A DNA stretch of 64,000 nt from an uncultured beta proteobacterium (lineage in GTDB: Bacteria; Pseudomonadota; Gammaproteobacteria; Burkholderiales; Burkholderiaceae_C): assembly GCA_903838565.1 (NCBI GenBank), contig CAILZB010000112.1, forward strand, positions 97,098 to 161,097. Reading direction: 5' to 3'. A program made the position numbers and the translations under genes. Shown here one piece after another: positions 47,058 to 55,601 of this stretch. Every line of letters begins with the position of its first letter. The first letter of the stretch is position 1. Under the pieces are notes generated by a model. It had not been told where the DNA came from. It saw only the letters and a list, made by a program, of their open reading frames with translations, and did no database searches.

Positions 47058-48239
47058 TCAGTTGCTTTGTGTTGGCAGGCTGTAGTCCTGGCCCAGGCCG
47101 GGCATCTCGACCGTCATGCCCTTGTAATTGCGGCACTTGATGGTGGTGCCGCTGCCGTCGAGCAGCGCTTCTTCGCGCACATAGCTGGGGATGATAGGCA
47201 ATTTGCCCAGGCCGCCCATGCCGTCGACGATGAAGGTCGGCACCGCGGGGCCGCTGATCCAGCCGCGCAGGCCTTCATACAGCTCGAGCATGCGGCGGTG
47301 CGGCACGATGAAATGGTGCGCGCCTTCGACCATGTCGGTGGAATAGACGTAGTAGGGACGCACGCCCATCTCGACGGATTGCAGGAACAGTTCGCGCATG
47401 ACTTCCACGTCGTCGTTCACGCCTTTGAGGCACACGGTCTGCAGGCCCATCATGATGCCGGCTTTCTGGATCAGCTTGACGCGCTCGCGCAGCAGCGGCG
47501 TGATTTCCTTGGGGTGGTCGATGTGGATGTTGACCATCTGCACGCGGTGCTTTTCCAGCACGGCGCACAGCTCGGGCGTGACGCGCGTGGGCATCTGCAC
47601 CACCATGCGCGAGCCGATGCGCAGGAAGCGCACGTGCGGCGCGCGGCGACGGATCTCGCCCAGGATGTAGTCCAGGCGCTCGTCGGTGAAGGTGAAGGGA
47701 TCGCCGCCGGAGAGCAGCACGTCCTGGATCTGGGTATTGCCGGCGATGTAGTCGATCGACGCCTCGATCTGGTCTTTCGCAACCGCGCCGTCGGGCTGGG
47801 ACACCATGCGCTTGCGCGTGCAGAAGCGGCACAGCGTGGCGCAGGTATTGCTCACCAGAAACAGCACGCGCCGGGGATAGCGGTGCACGACGCTGGTGCC
47901 CGGGATGGTGTCGCCCTCCTCGCCCAGCTGATCGAGCGAGGTCTTGAAGCCGGGTTGGGTCTCTTCATGGTGCGAGGGCAGGTACTGCTTGCGGATCGGG
48001 CAGTTCGGATCGTCCCGGTCCATGAGCTTGACCATGTAGGGCGTGACGGCGATGGCGAACTTGTCGTACACCGTGTCGTTCACGTTCTCGATGTTGCTCA
48101 GCAGGCCGTCGAGCTCGGAGTGGTGCGTGTAGCGGCGCGCAAACTGCTTTTGCCAGGATTCCGATGCGGGATCATAGGCGTCCAGCTCGGCGCGCGTGAG
48201 CAGTTTGCGGGCGGGGTTGAAGTCGACTTTTTGCAGCAT
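47058..48239 (-). CDS. kamA: lysine 2,3-aminomutase (radical SAM)
   Basis: CATLCRFCTRK radical-SAM cysteine motif; KamA-family C-terminus. GGAGAAA Shine-Dalgarno before the ATG at 48239. Confidence 0.9.
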   Translation of the reverse strand: MLQKVDFNPARKLLTRAELDAYDPASESWQKQFARRYTHHSELDGLLSNIENVNDTVYDKFAIAVTPYMVKLMDRDDPNCPIRKQYLPSHHEETQPGFKTSLDQLGEEGDTIPGTSVVHRYPRRVLFLVSNTCATLCRFCTRKRMVSQPDGAVAKDQIEASIDYIAGNTQIQDVLLSGGDPFTFTDERLDYILGEIRRRAPHVRFLRIGSRMVVQMPTRVTPELCAVLEKHRVQMVNIHIDHPKEITPLLRERVKLIQKAGIMMGLQTVCLKGVNDDVEVMRELFLQSVEMGVRPYYVYSTDMVEGAHHFIVPHRRMLELYEGLRGWISGPAVPTFIVDGMGGLGKLPIIPSYVREEALLDGSGTTIKCRNYKGMTVEMPGLGQDYSLPTQSN

Positions 48240-48409
48240 GGGGTTTCTCCGGCGGGTGTTCGTTGTGGGTGTCACCGGGCGCTGCCACGGCGAGGGGGAA
48301 ACCCAAGTCTAGGGACGGGTGCTGCCAGACGAAAGTGGCAAAGTGACTGAAGTGCCGTGCAAATTTCAGTCACAATGCTCGCCATTGATCCACATTGACT
48401 GAAACACCC

Positions 48410-48853
48410 ATGTCTGCCTCCCTGGATACCCTGGACCGCCAGCTGATCGAGCTGCTCAAGGTCAACGCGCGCCTGCCGATGGTGAAGCTGGCCAAGGCGC
48501 TGGGCTGCGCGCGCAGCACGGTGCAGCTGCGCCTCAAGTCGCTGGAGGATGGGGGCGTCATCACCGGCTACACCGTGGGCGTGGCGGTGACCCGATCCGC
48601 GGCCAGCATCCGGGCCATGGTGCTGATTTCGACCGAGTCCAAGAACGAAGCCGAGGTGGTGCGCTCCCTCTCCAAGCGGCACGAGATCACCAAGCTGTAT
48701 TCGGTCAGCGGGCGCTACGACCTGTGCGCCATGCTCTCGACCGAATCGACGCACGAACTCGACGTCGTGATCAACAAGATCTGCGCGGTCAAGGGCGTCG
48801 TCGACACCTTCTCTACCATCCTGCTGTCGACCAAGCTGGAGCGGCCCGAATAG
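48410..48853 (+). CDS. Lrp/AsnC-family regulator divergent from kamA
   Basis: HTH_AsnC plus RAM domain. ATG at 48410. Confidence 0.85.
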   Translation: MSASLDTLDRQLIELLKVNARLPMVKLAKALGCARSTVQLRLKSLEDGGVITGYTVGVAVTRSAASIRAMVLISTESKNEAEVVRSLSKRHEITKLYSVSGRYDLCAMLSTESTHELDVVINKICAVKGVVDTFSTILLSTKLERPE

Positions 48854-49012
48854 GCCATGCACAAGCCGATCCAGGCTGTCGGAAAGACCGCCTTACCGGG
48901 TCCACAGGGCGCTGCCGCCATTGTTCGTACCGTCCTTGTTGGCCGCCGCAATGCACGAGCTTGTGTGGTCCGCGACGACACGGCACAATCTCCCGCAAGG
49001 GAGACCGTTTGA

Positions 49013-49561
49013 ATGGCGGAGCTGACAAGATTGCTGGGCGCAGCGCAGCAGGGAGATGTTGAAGCGGCAGGAAAGGCGTTCAGCCTCCTTTACGAGGACC
49101 TGCGCCGCTTGGCCAGGTCGCGTCTGCACCGGCATCAGAGCATGACGCTGCTGAACACGACCGCACTGGTGCACGAGTCATACCTCAAGCTGGTGGGTAA
49201 CGAGTCGGCGCCCGCGGGAGACCGCAACCATTTCTTCGCGTATGCAGCCACGGTGATGCGATCCGTGATTGTCGACTTCGCTCGGGCGCGGCTGGCGCAA
49301 AGTCGCGGCGCAGGAGCGGAACATCTGGTTCTGGACACCGCACTGTCGGAGCACCTCAGCGCGCCCGAAAGCGACGTCTTGCGAGTGCACGAGGCTCTGG
49401 ACGTTCTGGCTCAGGTCGACAAGTCGCTGGCGCAGATCGTTGAGATGCGCTATTTCGGGGGTCTGTCCGAACTCGAGATCGCTCAGGTGCTGGGAATCTC
49501 GGAGCGTACCGTGCGGCGCAACTGGGAAAAGGCCCGCCTGCTGCTGGCCGCGGCGCTATGA
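49013..49561 (+). CDS. ECF-type sigma-70 factor of the Ser/Thr-kinase-associated subgroup (ECF43/TIGR02999-like)
   Basis: Conserved sigma region 2 and 4 (LSELEIAQVLGISERTVRR HTH); N-terminus typical of the kinase-linked ECF group; a Ser/Thr kinase lies immediately downstream. Confidence 0.8.
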   Translation: MAELTRLLGAAQQGDVEAAGKAFSLLYEDLRRLARSRLHRHQSMTLLNTTALVHESYLKLVGNESAPAGDRNHFFAYAATVMRSVIVDFARARLAQSRGAGAEHLVLDTALSEHLSAPESDVLRVHEALDVLAQVDKSLAQIVEMRYFGGLSELEIAQVLGISERTVRRNWEKARLLLAAAL

Positions 49562-49586
49562 GTAGCGCGCTTGATGGTGTGAATAA

Positions 49587-52067
49587 ATGAAGCTGGACGT
49601 GGACACCCTGCGGCGCCTTGCGCCACTGCTGGACACCGCCATCGATCTGGACGAGACTGAGCGCGAATCCTGGCTTGCCGGCCTGCATGGCGACGAAGCC
49701 TTGCTTGCACCGCTGCTGCGCGACCTGTTGAATCGCAAGGCGATTCAATCCGACATGGATGCACTGGAGCGCGGCGCCAGTTTCACGGGTCTTGAAGGCG
49801 GCAACCTGGACGAAGAGGCTCGACACCAGGCCGGCGAGACGGTGGGCCCCTACCGGCTCCTGCGTGAACTCGGCCGCGGCGGCATGGGCTCAGTCTGGTT
49901 GGCGACACGGGTCGACGGCGCGCTCAAGCGCGAGATCGCACTCAAGCTACCGCACACCCATATGGCGCGGCGCCAGCTGGCGGAGCGCTTTGCCAAGGAA
50001 CGCGACATCCTGGCCAGTCTGGTCCACGCAAATATTGCCCGGCTCTATGACGCAGGCATTTCTTCTGACGGGCAACCCTATCTGGCCCTCGAATACGTCG
50101 AAGGCCAGTCACTGACAGCTTGGTGCGATGCGCGTCAACTCACTGTCAAGGGCCGAGTCGAGCTGTTCCGCCAGGTGCTGGCTGCGGTTCAGTACGCCCA
50201 CAGCCAGCAGGTGATTCACCGGGACCTCAAGCCCAACAACATCTTGGTGACGCCTCAAGGCGAGGTCCGGTTACTCGACTTTGGCATCGCCAAGATGATG
50301 GACGAACAAGGGCAGGCCCACGAAACCGAACTGACCCAGGCCGCTGGTCGCGCGCTGAGCGTGCAGTACGCGTCGCCTGAACAGATACTGGGTCAGCCGG
50401 TGATGGCCACGAGCGACGTCTACTCCCTCGGGGTTGTGCTGTATGAGCTCCTGACCGGATCTTTTCCCTATTTCAAACGGCGCGACACGCGGACCGTGAT
50501 CGAGGATGGCATTCTCAGCGTCGAGGCGACACGGCCCAGCCTGATCGTCAGCGCGCCCGAGATGGCGGCGCGGCGCGGCACAGACCCGAACAAACTCAGC
50601 AGCCTATTCAAAGGTGATATGGAAAGCCTGCTGCAAAAAGCGCTGAAGAAGAATCCGGCCGAACGCTATGCGACGGTCCAAGACATGGCGATGGATCTGG
50701 ATCTCTACCTGCAGGGCAAGCCGGTGCGGGCCAAGCCAGATTCCAACTGGTATCTGGGGCTCAATTTCTTCCGCCGAAACCGAGTCGCCGCGACTGCAAT
50801 CATGGCCCTGATGATGCTCGGTGGCATTGCGCAACGAGATTGGCTGGGCGCGATATTGACGCCGCCTCAACCTCGCGCTGAGCCACCCGCTCTGTCGATG
50901 CTGATGACGCGCTTCACGGCGTTGGACAACGACGCCGGCTCGATCCAGTTGGCTGAACAACTGCCGCGCGAATTGACGATGGGTTTGACCGCTTGCTGCC
51001 GCGACCAGAAGGTTGTGCGAAGCGATCTGCTTGACGGTTCAGGTGGCGCTGTGCGCGGGAACGTGCGCTATCGCGTCGAGGGCGATGTGCAGTCGACCCC
51101 AAGTGGCGCGGGCGTGAATCTGAGGCTGATCGAACTGTCCAGCGCAAGTCAGGTCTGGGCCACACGTTTTGATCTTCCGCCACTTGACGGTTCGTTTGAA
51201 GCCAAGCGCAAGTTGCGCCGGCTCACGGGCTTGCTTGGCCACGCGCTCGATCGGTCCGAAAGGCGTCGGGTGCTGGCACTGCCGCTGGACAAGCTGACCG
51301 CGATGGAACTGGTGCTGCGCGGCAAGGCGGTCTGGGAAGAGTCGGCGTCGCTCAAGAACACTCTCGCGGCGCAGGAGTTGTATGCGGCCGCACTGCGCCT
51401 TGACCCGAACCTTGTACCCGCATTGGTGGAAAATACCATGAACTGGGATGCGATGATGGATGTCGATCCCAGGGCTGACAGGGCGCACGCCGTCCGTGAA
51501 ATGGACAAGTTGTCGGCGCGCGCGGTCGCACTTGATCCTGCAGACGCCTGGGCATGGGACGCGCGTGCGACCGCACTGATGGACGAGAAGCACTGGGATG
51601 CAGCGGTCGCGGCAGTCGACAAGGTGATCGCGATCGACCCCTTGTGGCAACGCCCTTATGGGTTCAAGGCGACACTGAAGAACCTGACGGGGCGGCCGGC
51701 AGAAGCTTTGCCGCTGGTGGACTACGCGGTGTCGATTGATCCAGAAAACGCGGGCTGGCCGCTGCGGGTGGCCTGCCAGGCTCACATGCTCTTGGGGCAG
51801 TACGAGAAGGCCATCGCGAATTGCGAAAAGGCGGCAGGATCGGAACCGACGGACTGGTGGACCGCCATGATTCTCGCGGCATCCTACGCCCAACTCGGCG
51901 AGATGAAGAAAGCCGTCGCCGCCAAAGATCTGGTGCTGCGCTCGGTCCCCGAATACAGCATCGCGCGCCTGCAGGCAACCATGGTTTCCGACGTGCCGGC
52001 TTACCTGAAGATGGCTGAGACAACCTGGTATGCGGGGCTGCGCAAGGCAGGACTTCCCGAGAAATAG
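49587..52067 (+). CDS. Ser/Thr protein kinase with TM segment and C-terminal periplasmic TPR-like domain
   Basis: Hanks kinase motifs GRGGMGSVW, HRDLKPNN, DFG and SPE; one TM helix; TPR-like C-terminus; 826 aa. Confidence 0.85.
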   Translation: MKLDVDTLRRLAPLLDTAIDLDETERESWLAGLHGDEALLAPLLRDLLNRKAIQSDMDALERGASFTGLEGGNLDEEARHQAGETVGPYRLLRELGRGGMGSVWLATRVDGALKREIALKLPHTHMARRQLAERFAKERDILASLVHANIARLYDAGISSDGQPYLALEYVEGQSLTAWCDARQLTVKGRVELFRQVLAAVQYAHSQQVIHRDLKPNNILVTPQGEVRLLDFGIAKMMDEQGQAHETELTQAAGRALSVQYASPEQILGQPVMATSDVYSLGVVLYELLTGSFPYFKRRDTRTVIEDGILSVEATRPSLIVSAPEMAARRGTDPNKLSSLFKGDMESLLQKALKKNPAERYATVQDMAMDLDLYLQGKPVRAKPDSNWYLGLNFFRRNRVAATAIMALMMLGGIAQRDWLGAILTPPQPRAEPPALSMLMTRFTALDNDAGSIQLAEQLPRELTMGLTACCRDQKVVRSDLLDGSGGAVRGNVRYRVEGDVQSTPSGAGVNLRLIELSSASQVWATRFDLPPLDGSFEAKRKLRRLTGLLGHALDRSERRRVLALPLDKLTAMELVLRGKAVWEESASLKNTLAAQELYAAALRLDPNLVPALVENTMNWDAMMDVDPRADRAHAVREMDKLSARAVALDPADAWAWDARATALMDEKHWDAAVAAVDKVIAIDPLWQRPYGFKATLKNLTGRPAEALPLVDYAVSIDPENAGWPLRVACQAHMLLGQYEKAIANCEKAAGSEPTDWWTAMILAASYAQLGEMKKAVAAKDLVLRSVPEYSIARLQATMVSDVPAYLKMAETTWYAGLRKAGLPEK

Positions 52068-52107
52068 GAGACGGCGCGATCTGACTTCTGAAAGCAGCTG
52101 GCTCCGT

Positions 52108-52155
52108 CCAGCCCGCAAGCAGCGCCGCATTCCCACCCGCCGCCATGGTGCTGCT
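52108..52155 (-). pseudogene. 48-bp fragment homologous to the putA 3' end (tail AAGGNAALLAG; stop codon changed to Trp)
   Basis: About 87% identical to 55602-55649; translation preserves the PutA C-terminal peptide. Confidence 0.6.
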
Positions 52156-52273
52156 CTCGACCGAATCGACGCACGAACTCGACGTAGTCATCAACAAGAT
52201 CTGCGCGGTCAAGGGCGTGGTCGATACCTTCTCGACCATCCTGCTGTCGACCAAGCTGGAGCGGCCGGAGTAA
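52154..52273 (+). pseudogene. 120-bp duplicate of the 3' end of the lrp gene at 48410-48853
   Basis: 8 mismatches versus 48734-48853, all synonymous; ends with its own stop; an ATG is created at the junction with the putA-like fragment. Confidence 0.7.
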
Positions 52274-52276
52274 GCG

Positions 52277-53845
52277 TCAATCGCCTGCGGGGAGGAACGA
52301 CTCGGGACTTGAGTTCTGCTGCCGGGCTGCGTCAATGATGGGGTCGAATATTCCGCTCCGCAACAGCTTCATCACCGCCGCCACGACCGCAGGATCGAAC
52401 TGCGTTCCGGCACCCCGTTCCACCTCGGCCGCAGCGTCCTGCACGCTCCATGGCTCCTTGTACGGGCGACGGCTGATCAAGGCGTCGAACACGTCAATCA
52501 CGCTGACGATGCGGGTGGCCAGCGCGAATTCGCGCGATGGGCGTCCTTCCGGGTAGCCGGTGCCGTCCCAGCGCTCGTGGTGGTGGGTCGCGATGTCGCA
52601 GGCGGTCGCGAGGTAGGCGTCGTTGTCCAGAATGCTCTTGCCAATGCCGGTATGCGTGCGCACGATGGCGTACTCGGCTTCGTCGAGCCTGCCGGGCTTG
52701 CGCAGGATCGCGTCGGGTATGCCGATCTTTCCCACGTCGTGCAGGCGGCTGGCACGTCCCACGTGGGCAGCCTCTTCCTCCGACAGACCCATCTCGATGG
52801 CGACGAGCCGCGTGTAGCGGTCGATGCGATTGATGTGGCTGCCGGTGGCGCTGTCCTTGAACTCGGCGATGCGCGCCAGCATGTCGATCATGTGGTCGTA
52901 GGAGCGCGTCAGGTCCACGTGCAGGCGCAGGTTTTCCAGCGCGTTCGAGCACTGCTGGGCCATCATCGAGATCAGCGCCCGGTCGGAGGCGTCAAGGTCG
53001 TGCGTGGGCTCGATGTAGACGAAGCCGATGGGCTTGTTCTGGACCTTGAGCGGCACCACGTAGGCATCCTTGCGCAGCATGTCCGGCGCCTGCCCCGTCA
53101 ATATCGCCTGTGTGCACTGAGCGCGGATCCGCTCGAACCCCTCCTTGTTGTCCAGCCTGCCGGACGCGGCCTGCAGGGTGGCTTCGCGCTCGTCGAAGGT
53201 GGCGATGACGCCGTCGTTGGTGGCGATGAAACTTGAATCCGAGAGGTTGCACAGACCCACGATCTGCGTCAGGACGCCCTGAAAGAACTGGTTGAGCGAG
53301 CGGTTGCTGATGCGGTAGATGTCGGGTGCCGCCGCCAGCACGTGCTGCAAGCCCACGCGGTTCAAGTCGATGGAGCGCAGGTCGCGGTAGGACTTGATGG
53401 CCGAGCGCACCGCGGTGTAGAGGTGCGTTGCCGTGAGTTCGGTTTTGTCCTTGTAGTCGTCGATGTCGTAGTGGTCGATGACAAAGCGCTCGGGGGCAAT
53501 GCCCGGCTGGCCGGTGCGGATGATCAGCCGCACCATGGCGTTGCCCAGGTCCTTGCGGATGTACTCGACCAGACGCAGGCCGGCGTCGTCGGTCTCCATC
53601 ACCACATCCACCAGGGCCACGGCAATGTCCTTGTGCCTGGAAAACATTTCGCGCGCCTCGAGGAAAGACGAGGCCTCGATGATCTCGAGATCGCGATCGG
53701 CGAAGCGAAAACCCTTCAGACTCATGCGCGTGAGGGCCAGCATGTCGGGTTCGTCGTCGACCACCAGCAATTTCCAGGTGTGACGCGGCACCGTGCCAGC
53801 GGCAGCGGCTTGCGGTGGATCGTTGCGCGTGCGTATCAGCTTCAT
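52277..53845 (-). CDS. response regulator with HD-GYP phosphodiesterase domain
   Basis: REC domain (LLVVDDEP), central GAF-like/DUF3369 region, HD-GYP domain (HHERWDGTGYP). Confidence 0.85.
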   Translation of the reverse strand: MKLIRTRNDPPQAAAAGTVPRHTWKLLVVDDEPDMLALTRMSLKGFRFADRDLEIIEASSFLEAREMFSRHKDIAVALVDVVMETDDAGLRLVEYIRKDLGNAMVRLIIRTGQPGIAPERFVIDHYDIDDYKDKTELTATHLYTAVRSAIKSYRDLRSIDLNRVGLQHVLAAAPDIYRISNRSLNQFFQGVLTQIVGLCNLSDSSFIATNDGVIATFDEREATLQAASGRLDNKEGFERIRAQCTQAILTGQAPDMLRKDAYVVPLKVQNKPIGFVYIEPTHDLDASDRALISMMAQQCSNALENLRLHVDLTRSYDHMIDMLARIAEFKDSATGSHINRIDRYTRLVAIEMGLSEEEAAHVGRASRLHDVGKIGIPDAILRKPGRLDEAEYAIVRTHTGIGKSILDNDAYLATACDIATHHHERWDGTGYPEGRPSREFALATRIVSVIDVFDALISRRPYKEPWSVQDAAAEVERGAGTQFDPAVVAAVMKLLRSGIFDPIIDAARQQNSSPESFLPAGD

Positions 53846-55458
53846 GCCTGGGTCCTCTCAATGTCTGCGGCCAGGTGGGCGGGAAACCGGATCACAAAGC
53901 GGCATCCTGCGCCGGGTTGGCTGCGGCACAGGATCGTTCCGCCGAGCTGGGCGGTGACGATGTTGTAGCAGATGTACAGGCCCAGCCCGGAGCCGCCCTC
54001 GCTTCGTCTTGTGGTGTAGAAAGGCTCGAATATGCGGGCCAGTTGGTCGGCCTCCATGCCCTTGCCGGTGTCGCTGAAGGTCAACAGCACCTCGTTGCGA
54101 ACCAGCTCGACCCGGATGTCAATCTTGCCCATGCGCCGGCCTTCGTCAAACGCGTGCTGAACCGCGTTCATCACCAGATTGGTCAGCAGTTGCTGCACGA
54201 CGCCGGGCATGCCGTCCAGGCGCAAAGCGTCAGCGCAGTGCACGCTCACCTCGATCGGCAGCCTCTTCAGGGTGCCGGCCAGCGCAAACAGCACGTCCTG
54301 GATGAGTTCGTTCATGTCGAAGGCGCGAATCTGTTCGGACGTCTGATCGGTCGAAGTCCGCTTGAAGCTCTGCACCAATTTTGCAGCGCGGCTCAGGTTG
54401 GCCAGCGCCATGGCGCCGCCCTGGTGCAGCGCCCCGATCTCGGCGCGCAACGCCTCCTCGCTCACCTCTTCCTGGCCCAGCATCGTGTCGATGCGTGCCA
54501 GCGACTCTTCGTTGTGCGAGACGGCTCCCACGGCGACACCGATCGGGGTGTTGATTTCGTGCGCGAAGCCCACGACCATGCGTCCCAGCGAAGCCATCTT
54601 CTCGCTTTGCACCAGTTCGCCGCGGGTGGTCTCGAGTTCGCGGATATTGCGCGCCAGATCGAGCCAGCGCTTGCGCAGCAACTCCAGCAGCAACCATCCC
54701 AGCGCGGCCGTCACGGCAAAGACCGCTGCATACGTGAGCTGCGCCTTGCGGATGCCGGGGGCGGTGGCGGCGACGATCGGTTCGTACAGCTGCGACACAC
54801 TGATGCCGCCGCGCACGTCGCCGATGCGATAGCCCTGACTGGCGTGGCAGCTCATGCACGGCTTTTCCACCAGCAGCGGCGCCATGTAGCGCAAGTGGTC
54901 GCCGTGATCCGTGGGCTCGATGCTGAGCACTTCGTTGGCGCCGGCTTCAAACGCCTTGAGCGACTGCGTCTCCCAGGCATCGGCGGCGTTCTCGGGGCGG
55001 ATCGGGCGCAGACTGGTCAGTCGAAACACGGCCCCCGTGTCCGACTCCGCCATCTCGGCGATGAGCCGCGTCATGTATGCAGGGTTGACCAGCGTCAGCT
55101 TTTGACCGTCGGTGGTGGTGACGTCGCGCCGCTCCAGTGGCAGATACGGATTGGGTTGGGTTCGCTCGCTCACCGGCACATAAATTCCGCCGTGGCTTGC
55201 GTTCCAGCTGCGCGTGAGCACCACCATCCGGAACATATTGCGCGCGCCCTCGGCGGCGATCTGGATGCTCTGCGACCGAATATCGGCCAACTGCCCCGAA
55301 AGCAGCACACCGGCGCCCGCAGCCCAGAATGCCAGCAGCAGCAGCCACCAGCGGCGCAGTCGGAACGGCGCCGGAACGATGGAGCTGAAGGCAGGCGGAT
55401 CGATGGGCATGGGCAGGGGCCAGTTCGGCAAGGCTGAGCCCACTGTAACGTCAACCAA
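53842..55458 (-). CDS. sensor histidine kinase with DUF3365-like periplasmic domain containing a CxxCH motif
   Basis: Two TM helices; CMSCH motif; HisKA (FAHEINTP) and HATPase_c (GSGLGL). ATGA overlap with the response-regulator gene. Alternative start at 55410. Confidence 0.8.
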   Translation of the reverse strand: MVDVTVGSALPNWPLPMPIDPPAFSSIVPAPFRLRRWWLLLLAFWAAGAGVLLSGQLADIRSQSIQIAAEGARNMFRMVVLTRSWNASHGGIYVPVSERTQPNPYLPLERRDVTTTDGQKLTLVNPAYMTRLIAEMAESDTGAVFRLTSLRPIRPENAADAWETQSLKAFEAGANEVLSIEPTDHGDHLRYMAPLLVEKPCMSCHASQGYRIGDVRGGISVSQLYEPIVAATAPGIRKAQLTYAAVFAVTAALGWLLLELLRKRWLDLARNIRELETTRGELVQSEKMASLGRMVVGFAHEINTPIGVAVGAVSHNEESLARIDTMLGQEEVSEEALRAEIGALHQGGAMALANLSRAAKLVQSFKRTSTDQTSEQIRAFDMNELIQDVLFALAGTLKRLPIEVSVHCADALRLDGMPGVVQQLLTNLVMNAVQHAFDEGRRMGKIDIRVELVRNEVLLTFSDTGKGMEADQLARIFEPFYTTRRSEGGSGLGLYICYNIVTAQLGGTILCRSQPGAGCRFVIRFPAHLAADIERTQA

Positions 55459-55601
55459 GCCAGGACAACATCAGGTCAAGACCTGAGGCAGCGCCATGAA
55501 ACACCTGACATGTCCACCCCTGGCCGTCCCTGGGTGCCGCCGTTTACCGGGCTGAAGGTGGATGCCCCGAGGGGCGTTCTCCATTCGGGTCGCTCAGGCC
55601 C

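Noticed and set aside
52030-52338. 102-aa + strand ORF and 223-aa - strand ORF (51664-52335) spanning the duplicated fragments
   Set aside because: Both are chimeric read-throughs across the putA-tail/lrp-tail junction and the kinase 3' end. They are better explained as pseudogene scars, although the short 52147-52273 micro-ORF is flagged as a finding.
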